From NCBI GenBank assembly GCA_963771075.1, contig CAVYSE010000018.1, forward strand, positions 32,001 to 96,000: a stretch of DNA of 64,000 bases. The letters run 5' to 3'. Of the stretch, positions 32,163 through 43,201 are shown in pieces. The stretch is from a candidate division FCPU426 bacterium. Its GTDB lineage: Bacteria > Oederibacteriota > Muellerivitia > Muellerivitales > Muellerivitaceae. How positions within the stretch are numbered: position 1 is the first letter of the stretch; the number at the start of each line of letters is the position of its first letter. The position numbers and the translations under genes are program-made. The notes below the pieces were generated by a model. It did no database searches. It had not been told where the DNA came from and saw only the letters and a program-made list of their open reading frames with translations.

Positions 32163-33338
32163 GTGAAAATTAAACGAAAATCATCCAAACCCAAATTTTC
32201 ACTTCCACCAGAAATCTCACCCGATATTATCCCGGTCACCCGTCCCCTATTGCCTCCGTTGGAAAAATTCATTCCTTATCTTCGCCAAATTTGGAAAAAC
32301 CAATGGTTAACCAACAACGGGCCTTTTCATCAGAAGTTGGAAATGGAATTGGCTGAATATTTGGGGGTGAAACATTTGTCGCTTTTTACCAACGGCACCA
32401 TCGCTTTGGTGACGGCTTTACAGGCGCTTGGAATAAAAGGCGAGGTCATTACAACTCCTTTTTCCTTCGTGGCAACAAGCCATGCGTTGCGGTGGAATAA
32501 CCTTACCCCTGTTTTCGCGGATATAAGCCCGAACACCTTCAATCTCGATCCCGATAAGGTCGAGGCCGCCATCACCCCGCGCACCAGCGCCATTTTACCT
32601 GTCCACTGTTATGGGCGGGCTTGCGAAACAGCCCGCTTTGAAGCCATCGGGCGAAAACACGGCCTCAAGGTCATTTATGACGCGGCCCACGCATTTGGGG
32701 TCCGCGATCCAAGCGGCAGCATTTTAAGCCATGGGGACCTGACCATTCTCAGTTTCCACGCGACAAAAGTTTTCAACACATTCGAGGGCGGGGCCATCGT
32801 CAGCCCCAACGCTGAAACGAAAAAGCATATCGATCATTTAAAAAATTTCGGTTTTATCGATGAGGTGACCGTGGTCGACGTGGGGATCAACGGCAAAATG
32901 AACGAATTGCAGTCGGCTTTCGGTTTATTGCAGTTGAAATACATGGCGCGGGCCTCCAAAAAAAGCCGTAAGATCGACATGCAATACCGCAAAAGGCTAA
33001 AAGGCTTACGTGGCATAACCTTATTTGATCTGCCCAAGGACATCATTCACAACTATTCCTATTTTCCAATTTTGGTGAATGATGAATATGCGATGGATCG
33101 TAATGAACTTTATGCCCGCTTGAAGGAAAAGGGCATATACGCCAGGCGTTATTTTTATCCTTTGATCAGCAACATGCCCATGTATCGGGACCTACCATCC
33201 TCGGCACGGGATAACCTGCCCAAAGCGAATGTCTTCGCCGAACGCGTGATTTGCCTGCCGATTTTCCCATCCATGACAAAGAAAGAAGTTAAAAAAGTGA
33301 TCGATTCAATAACCCGCGTGATGGAATCCCAAAAATGA
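32163..33338 (+). CDS. DegT/DnrJ family NDP-sugar aminotransferase (VioA-like)
   Basis: WLTNNGPFH, YDAAHAFG, SFHATKVFNTFEGG (PLP lysine), GINGKMNE. Confidence 0.92.
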   Translation: MKIKRKSSKPKFSLPPEISPDIIPVTRPLLPPLEKFIPYLRQIWKNQWLTNNGPFHQKLEMELAEYLGVKHLSLFTNGTIALVTALQALGIKGEVITTPFSFVATSHALRWNNLTPVFADISPNTFNLDPDKVEAAITPRTSAILPVHCYGRACETARFEAIGRKHGLKVIYDAAHAFGVRDPSGSILSHGDLTILSFHATKVFNTFEGGAIVSPNAETKKHIDHLKNFGFIDEVTVVDVGINGKMNELQSAFGLLQLKYMARASKKSRKIDMQYRKRLKGLRGITLFDLPKDIIHNYSYFPILVNDEYAMDRNELYARLKEKGIYARRYFYPLISNMPMYRDLPSSARDNLPKANVFAERVICLPIFPSMTKKEVKKVIDSITRVMESQK

Positions 33339-33379
33339 ACCCTCTCCATTTTGTCAAAACGCAATAATCAGGAGTTTAT

Positions 33380-35440
33380 GTGATTAAAAATAGGAATGTT
33401 CTCATACTACCGGCCGGATCGGAAATCGGCCTCTCCATCCATAGCGCCTTATCCCAATGCAAAGAAGTTACCCTTTTTGGCGCTGGGGAAAATGACAACA
33501 ACCACGCCCGTTTCGTTTTCAATAAATACCATATTATAAAAAATGTTAACGAAACCGGATGGCTCGAGCAATTGGACTCTTTTTGTAAGATGTTCGATAT
33601 CCACTACATTTTTCCGGCCCATGATGATGTCATAGTCGCTCTAGCCACCCACCAAGAAAAGATTCCTGCCCGAGTGATCACTTCCTCTTTGGCCTCCTGT
33701 CTTATTTGCCGTTGCAAATCGAAAACTTACAATCATCTCCAAAAACGGGTCCGGGTTCCCAAGCTTTACGCCGGGATTCAAGAGATAAAATCATTTCCTG
33801 TGTTTGTGAAACCTGATATGGGCCATGGGTCACAAGGAGCTCATCTGGTTAAAGATCTTGCCGAATTAGTTTTTAGACTTGAAAACACCGAAAATCCCAT
33901 CATATGTGAATACCTCCCCGGCGAGGAATTTACAGTGGATTGTTTTTCTGATCGAGAGAAGGGGCTTTTATTTTGCGGCGCCCGAACCCGATTGCACATT
34001 CGTAACGGCATCTCCAACAACACCCGAACGGTCGATTTACCGGAAGCCAAAGAATTTGCGACGATCATTGGTAAAGAATTAAATATGAGAGGCTCATGGT
34101 TCTTCCAACTCAAACGTGCCTTGGATGGGAAACTGACCCTCTTGGAAGTCGCGCCTCGAACCGCAGGGGCCATGGGAGTTCACAGGGCCATGGGTGTCAA
34201 TTTCCCATTGTTGAGTCTTTATGAGGAAGAGCGAGAAAACATCTCCATCTTAATCAATTCAGGCCCCATCGAGATGGACCGCGCCCTCGGTAGTGTTCAA
34301 TACAAAATGAATCTGAAGTATTCTTCGCTATATATTGATCTGGATGACACCCTGATCCTCCATGACAGGGTGAACCTTAAGGTCCTCCAACTCATCTATC
34401 AGTGTTTATCGTCAGGCAAAAGGATTCATCTCTTGACCCGGCACCGCGGGAACCTCGACCAAACCCTTCAAAATCATCGACTTTCCAGTCTCTTTGACAC
34501 GGTCACTCTATTGCCGGAAGGCGCAAAAAAATCGGATTACATCAAGGGCGAGAACTCAATTTTTATCGACGATAGTTTTTCCGAGCGAAAAGACGTCAGC
34601 GGCCAATGTTCAATACCAACTTTCGATTGCAGTATGATCGAAGGGCTTCTGAATGCGACGGAAGTTCTTAAAAAATCTAATGTCCAGACATCCAATACTC
34701 AAAAAAGAAAAAAGATTATTTTGGGTTCAATGCAACCATATTTCTTCCCTTATTTGGGTTATTTTGATCTGATCCATAGTACTGATCGATGGATTGTTTT
34801 TGATACTGTCCAATACATCCGAAAAGGTTGGATCAATCGAAACCGTATTCTTCACCCAACAAAAGGTTGGCAATATATAACCATCCCCATAAAATATGCC
34901 CCACAAAGTACCCCCATACGGGAAATACAAACTACAGATCCCCAACTCTGGCAAACTAAAATATTGGGTCAATTAGCCCATTATCGTAAAACCGCTCCCT
35001 TTTATGAAAAAACGATAGATTTTGTAAAATCTTGTTTCGATACTGACCAGGTTCTTCTCGCGAATCTAAATACATATATTCTTTCTCTGATTTGCCGATA
35101 TTTGAATTTGAATTTTGATTACTCATTATTTTCCAATATGAATCTCGTGTTAAATCCCGTTGACGGACCAGGAGATTGGGCTCTTCGGATGTGTGAATCT
35201 ATCGGTGCCACGGAATATATCAATCCACCTGGCGGAACAAGCATTTTCGATTCCCAACGTTTTACAGAAGCAGGAATTAATTTGAGGATCCAAAAACCCA
35301 TTGAATTCGTCTATTCATGTAATGGATATTCATTTGAGCCCAATCTTTCCATAATTGATATATTAATGTGGAATACGCCCGAAGAAATTAAAAAATACCT
35401 AGAAATTAGAAAAAACGAGTCACGAAATCATGAAAATTGA
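33380..35440 (+). CDS. Fusion of ATP-grasp, HAD-like and WbqC-like domains
   Basis: FVKPD.G.GS, EYLPGEE, LLEVAPR; IDLDDTL; MQPYFFPYLGYF..WINRNRI..YINPPGG..LSIID. Confidence 0.85.
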   Translation: MIKNRNVLILPAGSEIGLSIHSALSQCKEVTLFGAGENDNNHARFVFNKYHIIKNVNETGWLEQLDSFCKMFDIHYIFPAHDDVIVALATHQEKIPARVITSSLASCLICRCKSKTYNHLQKRVRVPKLYAGIQEIKSFPVFVKPDMGHGSQGAHLVKDLAELVFRLENTENPIICEYLPGEEFTVDCFSDREKGLLFCGARTRLHIRNGISNNTRTVDLPEAKEFATIIGKELNMRGSWFFQLKRALDGKLTLLEVAPRTAGAMGVHRAMGVNFPLLSLYEEERENISILINSGPIEMDRALGSVQYKMNLKYSSLYIDLDDTLILHDRVNLKVLQLIYQCLSSGKRIHLLTRHRGNLDQTLQNHRLSSLFDTVTLLPEGAKKSDYIKGENSIFIDDSFSERKDVSGQCSIPTFDCSMIEGLLNATEVLKKSNVQTSNTQKRKKIILGSMQPYFFPYLGYFDLIHSTDRWIVFDTVQYIRKGWINRNRILHPTKGWQYITIPIKYAPQSTPIREIQTTDPQLWQTKILGQLAHYRKTAPFYEKTIDFVKSCFDTDQVLLANLNTYILSLICRYLNLNFDYSLFSNMNLVLNPVDGPGDWALRMCESIGATEYINPPGGTSIFDSQRFTEAGINLRIQKPIEFVYSCNGYSFEPNLSIIDILMWNTPEEIKKYLEIRKNESRNHEN

Positions 35441-36425
35441 TACCAGAAATAGTTTGAACCCCAAAAAAGAAATTGGCGGTTATTTTGGTTTGGAATTACC
35501 CATCGGCCAGAATTTCCCCCATAACAATGGGTTATTATTGAATACAGGTCGTAATTGTCTTGAATACATTTTAAAATTCAATAACGCGGCTCGTTTATTC
35601 ATCCCTCGTTATACGTGCGACGTCGTTTTAGAACCTTTAAAGAAATTAAATATTAGTTTTGTCTATTATAGAATTGGGTTGGATTTTCAAATTCTTGAAA
35701 ATTTTTCACTAAAAAAGACTGAGTACCTTTTGTATACCAATTATTTTGGAATAAATGATACTTATATAAAAAAAGTGAGAAAAATATACCCTTATTCATT
35801 AATTGTTGATAATTCGCAATCTTTTTACAGCCCCCCACTCAAAAACGTTAACACCTTTTATAGTCCTCGGAAATATTTTGGACTTTCGGATGGGGGTATT
35901 GTTTATTCAAGAAGCCACATTAAAAATAAATTAATTAGAGACTTTTCCACAGATCGATCAAAATATTTATTGAAACGATTAGATACAAGCGGCGCGGAAG
36001 GTTACGAACATTTCAAGCATTCCGATCATGATTTAATAAATCAACCTATAAAACGCATGTCGTTATTAACCGAGCATATTCTTAGGTCCATCAATTTTTC
36101 AGCCGTAAAAGAAAAAAGGATTCATAATTTTTATACATTACATAAAAGTTTGCATCACTTAAACGAACTGAAAATTCCTGAACATTATTTCTGTCCAATG
36201 CTTTATCCGTTTTTAATCAAAAATGGTTACAAAATTCGGAAAACCTTAATTAAAAAAAGGGTTTACATTGCCACCTATTGGCCCGACGTGCTGGAATTCT
36301 GTGACATAAATTCCAATGAGCATTATTTGTCTAAAAATTTATTAGCACTGCCTATCGACCAAAGGTATGACACTCAAGAAATGATGAAAATCGTAAATAT
36401 TATTAAACAATGTAACTTTAACTAA
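35430..36425 (+). CDS. DegT-like PLP-fold protein
   Basis: EIGGYFGLE, NTGRN, FYSPRK, LPIDQRY. Confidence 0.75.
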   Translation: MKIDTRNSLNPKKEIGGYFGLELPIGQNFPHNNGLLLNTGRNCLEYILKFNNAARLFIPRYTCDVVLEPLKKLNISFVYYRIGLDFQILENFSLKKTEYLLYTNYFGINDTYIKKVRKIYPYSLIVDNSQSFYSPPLKNVNTFYSPRKYFGLSDGGIVYSRSHIKNKLIRDFSTDRSKYLLKRLDTSGAEGYEHFKHSDHDLINQPIKRMSLLTEHILRSINFSAVKEKRIHNFYTLHKSLHHLNELKIPEHYFCPMLYPFLIKNGYKIRKTLIKKRVYIATYWPDVLEFCDINSNEHYLSKNLLALPIDQRYDTQEMMKIVNIIKQCNFN

Positions 36426-36465
36426 ACCTAAATTTTCATTTTTTTTTATTAAAGGGAGGTTTTAG

Positions 36466-37215
36466 ATGACCTTAAATCCATTCGAGGTTAAAAATTTTGA
36501 GGATTTTAGACTTTTGGCGCAGGACGATACACTTTCTAAATATGGAAGAATTGGTGCGCTTGATTCCTATCGACAGGGTTTTGAACAATCCATTTTCGAG
36601 GATATATGCCAGAAATTGTCCAACCTTGTGAATAAACATCAAAAGGTCGTTGATATTGGACCAGGCTGTACCGATATCCCACAATTATTGATGGATCTCT
36701 GCAAGGAACAAGGTCATTCTCTCACCTTAATCGACAGTTCCGAAATGCTCGCGCGATTGCCTCAAGAACCATTTATAGAGAAAATTCCCGGACTTTTTCC
36801 TCCCCAATGTTCCGAATGGATTCAAAAACGGCAGGGCCAAATGGACGTCATCCTTTGTTATAGCGTATTGCATTATGTCGTTGTTGATACGCCTTTAATA
36901 AATTTTATAGACAGCGTCCTTTCCCTCTTGGCGCCGGGCGGTCAAATTCTTATAGGGGATATTCCCAATATTTCCATGCGCAACCGGTTTTTCGCAAGTG
37001 AGGCTGGCGTCCGCTGCCACCAGGAATTCACTAAATCGAAGGAAATACCCCAGGTAGTTTTCAATCGAATTGAACCTGGAAAAATTGATGATGGTATCAT
37101 TTTTGGGATCTTACAAAGGTCCCGAAATGCAGGATTACACGCCTATGTGATTCCCCAAAATCCCAATATGCCATTAGCAAATCGTCGTGAAGATATCCTA
37201 ATAATCAGGCCTTGA
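36466..37215 (+). CDS. Class I SAM-dependent methyltransferase
   Basis: VVDIGPG, YSVLHY, LAPGG.ILIGD. Confidence 0.85.
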   Translation: MTLNPFEVKNFEDFRLLAQDDTLSKYGRIGALDSYRQGFEQSIFEDICQKLSNLVNKHQKVVDIGPGCTDIPQLLMDLCKEQGHSLTLIDSSEMLARLPQEPFIEKIPGLFPPQCSEWIQKRQGQMDVILCYSVLHYVVVDTPLINFIDSVLSLLAPGGQILIGDIPNISMRNRFFASEAGVRCHQEFTKSKEIPQVVFNRIEPGKIDDGIIFGILQRSRNAGLHAYVIPQNPNMPLANRREDILIIRP

Positions 37216-37229
37216 TACTTATTTCAAGC

Positions 37230-38502
37230 CATAGCTGTCTAAATTAGCCAAAATCAAACCCGGCTTGTTTTGGAATCGGGAAGCCGTCAGATGAGGGCTT
37301 GAAGGGGTGGTTTAGCCAATCCCAAAGGTTCCTTCGGCAAAACAGGTTCACGGGAAGGATACTGCTCAGGGTATAAAGCGGCCAAACGAATTTCGATTTG
37401 AATTTCATATAGCTGAGCATCAAGTACGCAATCATAGCCGTCCACAATTGAGACAGTAGGGCGTTCGGGGACGTACCCACGAAACTCTTGACCTTGAGCT
37501 GTTGTTTGAGGGTCTTGAAGAAAAGTTCGATTTGCCACCGGTCCTTGTAGACGGCGGCGATGGTGGAGGCGGCCAATTGGAACTGATTAGTGAGCAGGAC
37601 GACCCGTTTCTTGGTTTCGGGATCCCTGGCAACGACTCGCCTCAAACGATGGGAATACTTTAGACGAGTGTGGAAGTCCCTCAATTCGATGATCTGGTCG
37701 GCCACGATATTGGATCGGGTTTTCTCATGGCGTTCCACCACCCGAAAGGATGAGTTGGATTTGAGGCGCGTGACAAAGAAAACACCTTGTTTTGTAAGGT
37801 TTTGGAGAAGGGCGAAATCGAGGTAACCCCGGTCCATGACCATGACATCGCCTTTTTCCAAAGGAACGAGTGGAAGGATATTTTTTTCGTGAATATTGCC
37901 GGGAGTCATGCGAAGAAATGTAGGCAGGTAGCCTGAGTGATTGAACTTCACGTGAAGTTTGACGGCTCCTTTTGTTTTTCGAAATTTGGCCCAGTCAAAA
38001 AGGGACAGGCAGAGGCTGATGGTAGAGGCGTCCAGGGAATAGAGGGGGTTCTTGAACCTGAATTTATGATGAGGAGCCACCGTCTGGCATTTAGACAGCA
38101 TGAGGGAAAATAAGTCCTCAAAGAGAGACGCGGGGCGGTTGGCGTTGGCGTAGGACAGGGAGGGGCGACAAATGGGCTGTGCTCCCAGGTGATACAGGTT
38201 GTTGCTCTGGGTGGCGAGTCCGGCTTCGATGCCCCGGAGTGCATCTTGTCCGGCCAATTGGCCATAGAGCATGGCCACGAAGTGGGACCAGGAAGTGACA
38301 CCCCGGGCGTGGTACTCGGCCCGGTGCTTCAAAACCAGGTTTTGGAATTCATGTCTCGAAAAAAACTTTAGCATCTGGGAAAGGATTGTGGAACAATGAG
38401 CCAAGGCACGACCTCCTGGAATAATAAGGGTTTCGCACACACTTATTATATTTCTCCGGGTTGGTTAGGCCTTTTTTATTGGGGCTAATTTAGACACACA
38501 TG
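37230..38502 (-). mobile_element. IS4-family insertion sequence (1273 bp)
   Basis: Ends CATAGCTGTCTAAATTAGCC / GGCTAATTTAGACACACATG; 9-bp direct repeat ATTTCAAGC at 37221-37229 and 38503-38511. Confidence 0.95.
37244..38440 (-). CDS. IS4-family DDE transposase
   Basis: LDAS, MDRGY, YKDRWQIELFFK (YREK) motifs. Confidence 0.95.
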   Translation of the reverse strand: MCETLIIPGGRALAHCSTILSQMLKFFSRHEFQNLVLKHRAEYHARGVTSWSHFVAMLYGQLAGQDALRGIEAGLATQSNNLYHLGAQPICRPSLSYANANRPASLFEDLFSLMLSKCQTVAPHHKFRFKNPLYSLDASTISLCLSLFDWAKFRKTKGAVKLHVKFNHSGYLPTFLRMTPGNIHEKNILPLVPLEKGDVMVMDRGYLDFALLQNLTKQGVFFVTRLKSNSSFRVVERHEKTRSNIVADQIIELRDFHTRLKYSHRLRRVVARDPETKKRVVLLTNQFQLAASTIAAVYKDRWQIELFFKTLKQQLKVKSFVGTSPNALLSQLWTAMIAYLMLSYMKFKSKFVWPLYTLSSILPVNLFCRRNLWDWLNHPFKPSSDGFPIPKQAGFDFG

Positions 38503-38547
38503 ATTTCAAGCAGTAAAATGCGTAGACTCTTAATGAACTAAAGGCCC

Positions 38548-40017
38548 ATGACAAACACCCTTAAACATAAAGCCGTAAGTGCCTCGATTTGGAGTGCAAT
38601 CGATATCTTCGGTCGGCAAGGAGTGCAGTTCGGCATCACCATCATCCTGGCACGGTTGCTGACACCTGCCGATTATGGCACCGTTGGTCTTCTCTCCATT
38701 TTCATTGGGCTTGCGGGCGTTTTTATCGCCTCTGGATTTTCCACTGCATTGATCCAACGGCACGAAATAAATGATGTCGATCTTTCTTCAGTCTTTTATT
38801 TCAACATCGGTATAGCACTTCTTTTAAGTGCCCTACTAAGCGTTTCAGCACCTTGGATCGCAACCTTCTACAATATGCCGGTGCTCACACCGCTTACTCG
38901 CCTCCTTGCCGTGGGCCTCTTCATTGGGGCCTTCGGCAGTATTCAGAGCACTCTGATGACAAAGGCGCTCGATTTTCGCAAACAATGCATTATCTCCCTT
39001 GCCGCAGTCGTTGTTTCCGGCGCCATAGCCGTAATATTAGCACTGCAACATTATGGAGTCTGGAGCTTAGCCATCTCAACACTTGTTTCTACTTTCGTTT
39101 CCACCTCCCTTCTTTGGATTCTCAATTCTTGGCGGCCAAAATACGTTTTTTCCCTGACGGCAGTAAGATCACTTTTCAGTTTCGGCGGTTATTTGCTTAT
39201 CAGCGGATTACTCGACACCTTCTATACACGCCTGAACACCTTAGTCATTGGTAAATTCTATTCTCCTAAAGACCTCGGGTTCTACTCTCGCGCCGACAGC
39301 ACCCAACAATTGCCGGCCAGCCTGCTAACCGGAGTAATCGGCCGGGTGGCCTTTCCAATATTTTCTGAGGCTCATAAAGACAAAAAAAATCTACGTGTCG
39401 GTTTACGCAAGGCGATCACCTTGGTGATGATGGTCAATATTCCGGTCATGTTAGGAATGGTCGTTACTGCTAGATCGCTAGTCCTTGTCCTTTTTGGAAA
39501 GCAATGGTTACCTTGTGTTCCTTATTTAAAAATTCTTTGTATTGGCGGCATTTTATGGCCGCTTCATGTCCTCAACCTTAACGCCCTGATCGCCCAAGGG
39601 CACTCTAAACTTTTCTTTCGGCTAGAAGTGATCAAGAAAGTGGTGGGTGTAATAATCCTAGGAATAGCTAGTTTTTTTGGGATTTTGGCCATTGCTTGGA
39701 GCATCGTTATTACCAGTATTATCTGCTTTGCCATCAATGCCCGTTACAGTGCTCTTTTTCTCAATTACGGCACTCTTCACCAAAGCTTAGATTTGCTTCC
39801 TTATTGTGCCACAAGCATATTTATGGCCACTTGCGCCTGGGCAGTAAGCCTAGTGCCAATACATACCCCTTTCATACTTTTAATCGGGCAAGTGATGACC
39901 GGACTTGCCACGTATTCCCTTGCTTGTTATGTCTTTCGCCTCCCGGCCTTTATTGAATCCATAGAACTTTTGTGGAACTGTCTTCAAAACAAAAATCTGT
40001 CGGACATAAAACCATGA
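38548..40017 (+). CDS. wzx: Polysaccharide flippase (WzxC-like)
   Basis: LARLLTPADYG; many TM helices; locus context. Confidence 0.9.
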   Translation: MTNTLKHKAVSASIWSAIDIFGRQGVQFGITIILARLLTPADYGTVGLLSIFIGLAGVFIASGFSTALIQRHEINDVDLSSVFYFNIGIALLLSALLSVSAPWIATFYNMPVLTPLTRLLAVGLFIGAFGSIQSTLMTKALDFRKQCIISLAAVVVSGAIAVILALQHYGVWSLAISTLVSTFVSTSLLWILNSWRPKYVFSLTAVRSLFSFGGYLLISGLLDTFYTRLNTLVIGKFYSPKDLGFYSRADSTQQLPASLLTGVIGRVAFPIFSEAHKDKKNLRVGLRKAITLVMMVNIPVMLGMVVTARSLVLVLFGKQWLPCVPYLKILCIGGILWPLHVLNLNALIAQGHSKLFFRLEVIKKVVGVIILGIASFFGILAIAWSIVITSIICFAINARYSALFLNYGTLHQSLDLLPYCATSIFMATCAWAVSLVPIHTPFILLIGQVMTGLATYSLACYVFRLPAFIESIELLWNCLQNKNLSDIKP

Positions 40018-41012
40018 CCTTGCCAATTTCGGACGATATATTAGCCGTGGAAAATAAAAATGAAATTACTTTAAGCGTAATCTGTTTTGCTTTTAACCAC
40101 GAAAAATATATTGTGCAAGCAATCGAAAGTTTTTTATCACAAAAAACGAATTTCAAACTTGAAATAATCGTTCATGACGACGCATCAATCGACAAAACAG
40201 CAGATATTGTTTACGAGTACGAAGAAAAATTTCCAGAACTTTTTACGTGTATCTTCCAAAAAGAAAATCAATATTTGAAATGTCCAACCGCCATGATCGG
40301 ATTAACCTTTAATAAAGCGCGAGGGAAATATATTGCATTGTGCGAAGGCGATGATTTTTGGACCGATCCCCTCAAATTACAGCAGCAAGTTGATTTTCTG
40401 GAGGCAAACCCCACCTATTCAATGAGTTTTCACCCGTCAATGAAATTGTATCTGGAAACTAACATTACTTTTGAAAAGCCACTCTTGGGTCCAAGTAAGA
40501 TTCAATCGACCTACAACCTGGATGACCTTTTGCGAGAAAGCAACTTTATACCTACAAGTAGTGTTGTTTTTCGTGCATGGGATGGCCCCAATCATTTACC
40601 GGTGTGGTTTGATCAAGCGAAAATCGGTGATTTTCCCTTGTTCCTCCTTATTGCGAAAAAAGGATATATTGGTTTTATCAACAAGGCGATGTCTGCATAT
40701 CGTATTCATCCCGGAGGAGTATGGACTTCAGCGAAGTCTTTTGAAAAGGCAAAAATCATTCTTGATATTTATCGTTTGTTTCGGTCAGAAATAAATTTAA
40801 AACAAAGGAAGTCTTTCTCAATAGGCATTTCTAATTATTATAGGCATGTAGCTAATGAAGGCTTTAAAAATGGATTAAAATTAAAACCATTTTTCGACTT
40901 TATGATGGCTATTTATTACTCCATTCCTTTCAATTTTTTTAACCTGGTCTCAAAAATTATTAAAATTATTTTGAGAATATTGAAGAAAACCGTGCAACAA
41001 AATGAAAAATAA
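40014..41012 (+). CDS. GT2 glycosyltransferase
   Basis: HDDASID, GKYIALCEGDDFW; ATG overlaps wzx stop. Confidence 0.9.
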   Translation: MTLPISDDILAVENKNEITLSVICFAFNHEKYIVQAIESFLSQKTNFKLEIIVHDDASIDKTADIVYEYEEKFPELFTCIFQKENQYLKCPTAMIGLTFNKARGKYIALCEGDDFWTDPLKLQQQVDFLEANPTYSMSFHPSMKLYLETNITFEKPLLGPSKIQSTYNLDDLLRESNFIPTSSVVFRAWDGPNHLPVWFDQAKIGDFPLFLLIAKKGYIGFINKAMSAYRIHPGGVWTSAKSFEKAKIILDIYRLFRSEINLKQRKSFSIGISNYYRHVANEGFKNGLKLKPFFDFMMAIYYSIPFNFFNLVSKIIKIILRILKKTVQQNEK

Positions 41013-42195
41013 TAAGCCATTCGATAACATTGTCTTTAATGAAGCGCTTGAAGAAATGAAATCTATTCGTTTCAGGGTATCCAGACAACCGGAACCGGGT
41101 TACTCTCCCTATATTGTTTTTAGCGGTAGGTCTAATCATCGCTGGTGGCTTATTCCGAAAACATTCAGAAAAATAATGATAAGTAGTTTTGCTTTATACC
41201 AACCCGTTATTTTCATTTCAAAACTATTGAAGTGGTTGGGATTATTTTTAACAGGTTTAGGGTTTTCTTCTTTTCTGAGAAAAACTCTTTACGTCTCTGA
41301 GAAATCACTACTACCTGATATTTTTAAAGGAATTAATCTCCACTTCGCTTTCTTTACCGGTACCCACAGTTCCCACCGTAAAACAACCGTCCAGGTTATG
41401 GATTCTATTGGTTCCATCAAAGGATATGCCAAAATAACCTTGAATCCCTCGATCAAATCGCTTTTGACTCATGAGGCCGAAACCTTGAATCGGGTTCAAA
41501 AGCTTGACCTTAATTGTGCCTTAGTCCCAAAGGTCCTCTATTGCGGGAAAATTGGGCAAGCCTGGGTTTTGGCGACTGATAGTCTAAAAACCATCTGTTC
41601 AAAAACTTTTACAATACTGACCCAAACCCACATAAGCTTCCTTAAGGAACTTTCAGAAAAAACAATAATATTCGGTACAAATAATAATAGATGGCTCATT
41701 AAAGAACTAAATTCCCAATACAAATTTGTGTCTAACAGGTTATCTATCCATTGGCAACAAAGATTAAAAAAGTCCTTGGAATACATTGCAAGTCATAAAG
41801 GCACCTTAGGAAAGAGATCTTTAAGTCATGGCGATTTCACACCGTGGAATACTTTTATTGTTAACGACAAGCTTTATGTTTTCGATTGGGAATACGCTTC
41901 TGATAGTTTTTCACCCAATTACGACCTAATTCACTTTATTCTTTCGCTTCCATCAGTAAAACGCCAAACTTCAACCAAAATAATATTTTTAATTAGAAAG
42001 CAATTGAAGGAATTAAAGATCGCCCAAGACAATGTTTGCGCAGATATTCTTTTTCTATCCTACCTATGTGGGCGCACACTACAATTTATCGCTAGGGAAA
42101 AAAGAGGTAAGAGTGGGGTAGTTCCATGGGACGGGGAACAACAAATGGCGTCTTTAATTGACGTACTCTTTGAACAAAAAGGTCTAGAGAGATGA
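41002..42195 (+). CDS. APH/kinase-like phosphotransferase
   Basis: YAK, HGDFTPWN, FDWE motifs. Confidence 0.75.
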   Translation: MKNNKPFDNIVFNEALEEMKSIRFRVSRQPEPGYSPYIVFSGRSNHRWWLIPKTFRKIMISSFALYQPVIFISKLLKWLGLFLTGLGFSSFLRKTLYVSEKSLLPDIFKGINLHFAFFTGTHSSHRKTTVQVMDSIGSIKGYAKITLNPSIKSLLTHEAETLNRVQKLDLNCALVPKVLYCGKIGQAWVLATDSLKTICSKTFTILTQTHISFLKELSEKTIIFGTNNNRWLIKELNSQYKFVSNRLSIHWQQRLKKSLEYIASHKGTLGKRSLSHGDFTPWNTFIVNDKLYVFDWEYASDSFSPNYDLIHFILSLPSVKRQTSTKIIFLIRKQLKELKIAQDNVCADILFLSYLCGRTLQFIAREKRGKSGVVPWDGEQQMASLIDVLFEQKGLER

Positions 42196-42220
42196 ATACT
42201 CCCGATAAATGGAATAACAT

Positions 42221-43201
42221 TTGAGAAATCCACATGTGGCTGTAGTCATCCTCAACTATAACAGTGAAAAAGATTTACAGATTTGTGCAGAGCAGGTAGC
42301 TCAACAGACAGGAATTCAGCTCTCTATCATCCTTGTCGATAATGCATCCAAACCCGACTCGCTCATTTCAATCAAATCCTGGCTTTCCAACTGGCGACCG
42401 GATGCGATAATTTGGACTCCTGAGAAAGTGCACTCGCAGATAAGCAATAATCCCGAGATTGTCAGACGAGAAAATACCGTCTTTTTGATTGAGAATTCCG
42501 AAAACCTTGGATATTCGGCAGGAAACAATATTGGTATCCACCTCGCGGATATTCTGGGGGCTGATGTAGTTTTGATAGCAAACCCCGATATGCGAATTGA
42601 AGATCCTAATTACCTAAAAGAGCTGTCACAACAGCTAATGACTAAAACAGAATACTTTATTGCCGCATCTCGCATCCTCGGCCTCGATGGTAAAGATCAA
42701 AATCCATTGCGTGAAGCGAGATTTATTGAAGAACTCCTTTGGCCTCGTTTCATTTTTCGCCGTTTTTTCAGGCAAATGAATTATGTACTACCGTTACCAT
42801 ATGAAAAACCGCTAATCGTCCCCAAAGTTTCTGGTTGTTGTATGTTGTTACGCATGGAATTTCTTCGGAAAACAGGTTATTTTGACGAAAGTGTCTTTCT
42901 TTATTGTGAAGAACCAATTCTTGCAGCCAGGGTTCGCAAAGCAGGTGGGAATATTCTTTTTGTACCTAATATAAAAGCCATACATGCGCACGTTGCTAGC
43001 GAAAAGGAAAACAGTGCTAAACGGATGCTTCTCTTTATTAAAAGCAGGAAATACTATCTTAAAACTTACAGTGGTTATAAACCGTGGCAATTAGCCTTGC
43101 TATTCGCCTCCTATTTATTACTTATGTTTTACAATCGGATAAAGAACCTTTCAAATTCTTTGCAACCTTCAAGCGATCCCAAAGGTAAAAACCATGCTTG
43201 A
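42221..43201 (+). CDS. GT2 glycosyltransferase
   Basis: VILNYN, VDNAS, NLGYSAGNN, FDE..FLYCEE. Confidence 0.9.
   Translation: MRNPHVAVVILNYNSEKDLQICAEQVAQQTGIQLSIILVDNASKPDSLISIKSWLSNWRPDAIIWTPEKVHSQISNNPEIVRRENTVFLIENSENLGYSAGNNIGIHLADILGADVVLIANPDMRIEDPNYLKELSQQLMTKTEYFIAASRILGLDGKDQNPLREARFIEELLWPRFIFRRFFRQMNYVLPLPYEKPLIVPKVSGCCMLLRMEFLRKTGYFDESVFLYCEEPILAARVRKAGGNILFVPNIKAIHAHVASEKENSAKRMLLFIKSRKYYLKTYSGYKPWQLALLFASYLLLMFYNRIKNLSNSLQPSSDPKGKNHA

Noticed and set aside
31904..32173. 89-aa ORF before the aminotransferase
   Set aside because: No recognisable family; may be a gene remnant but I cannot support a call
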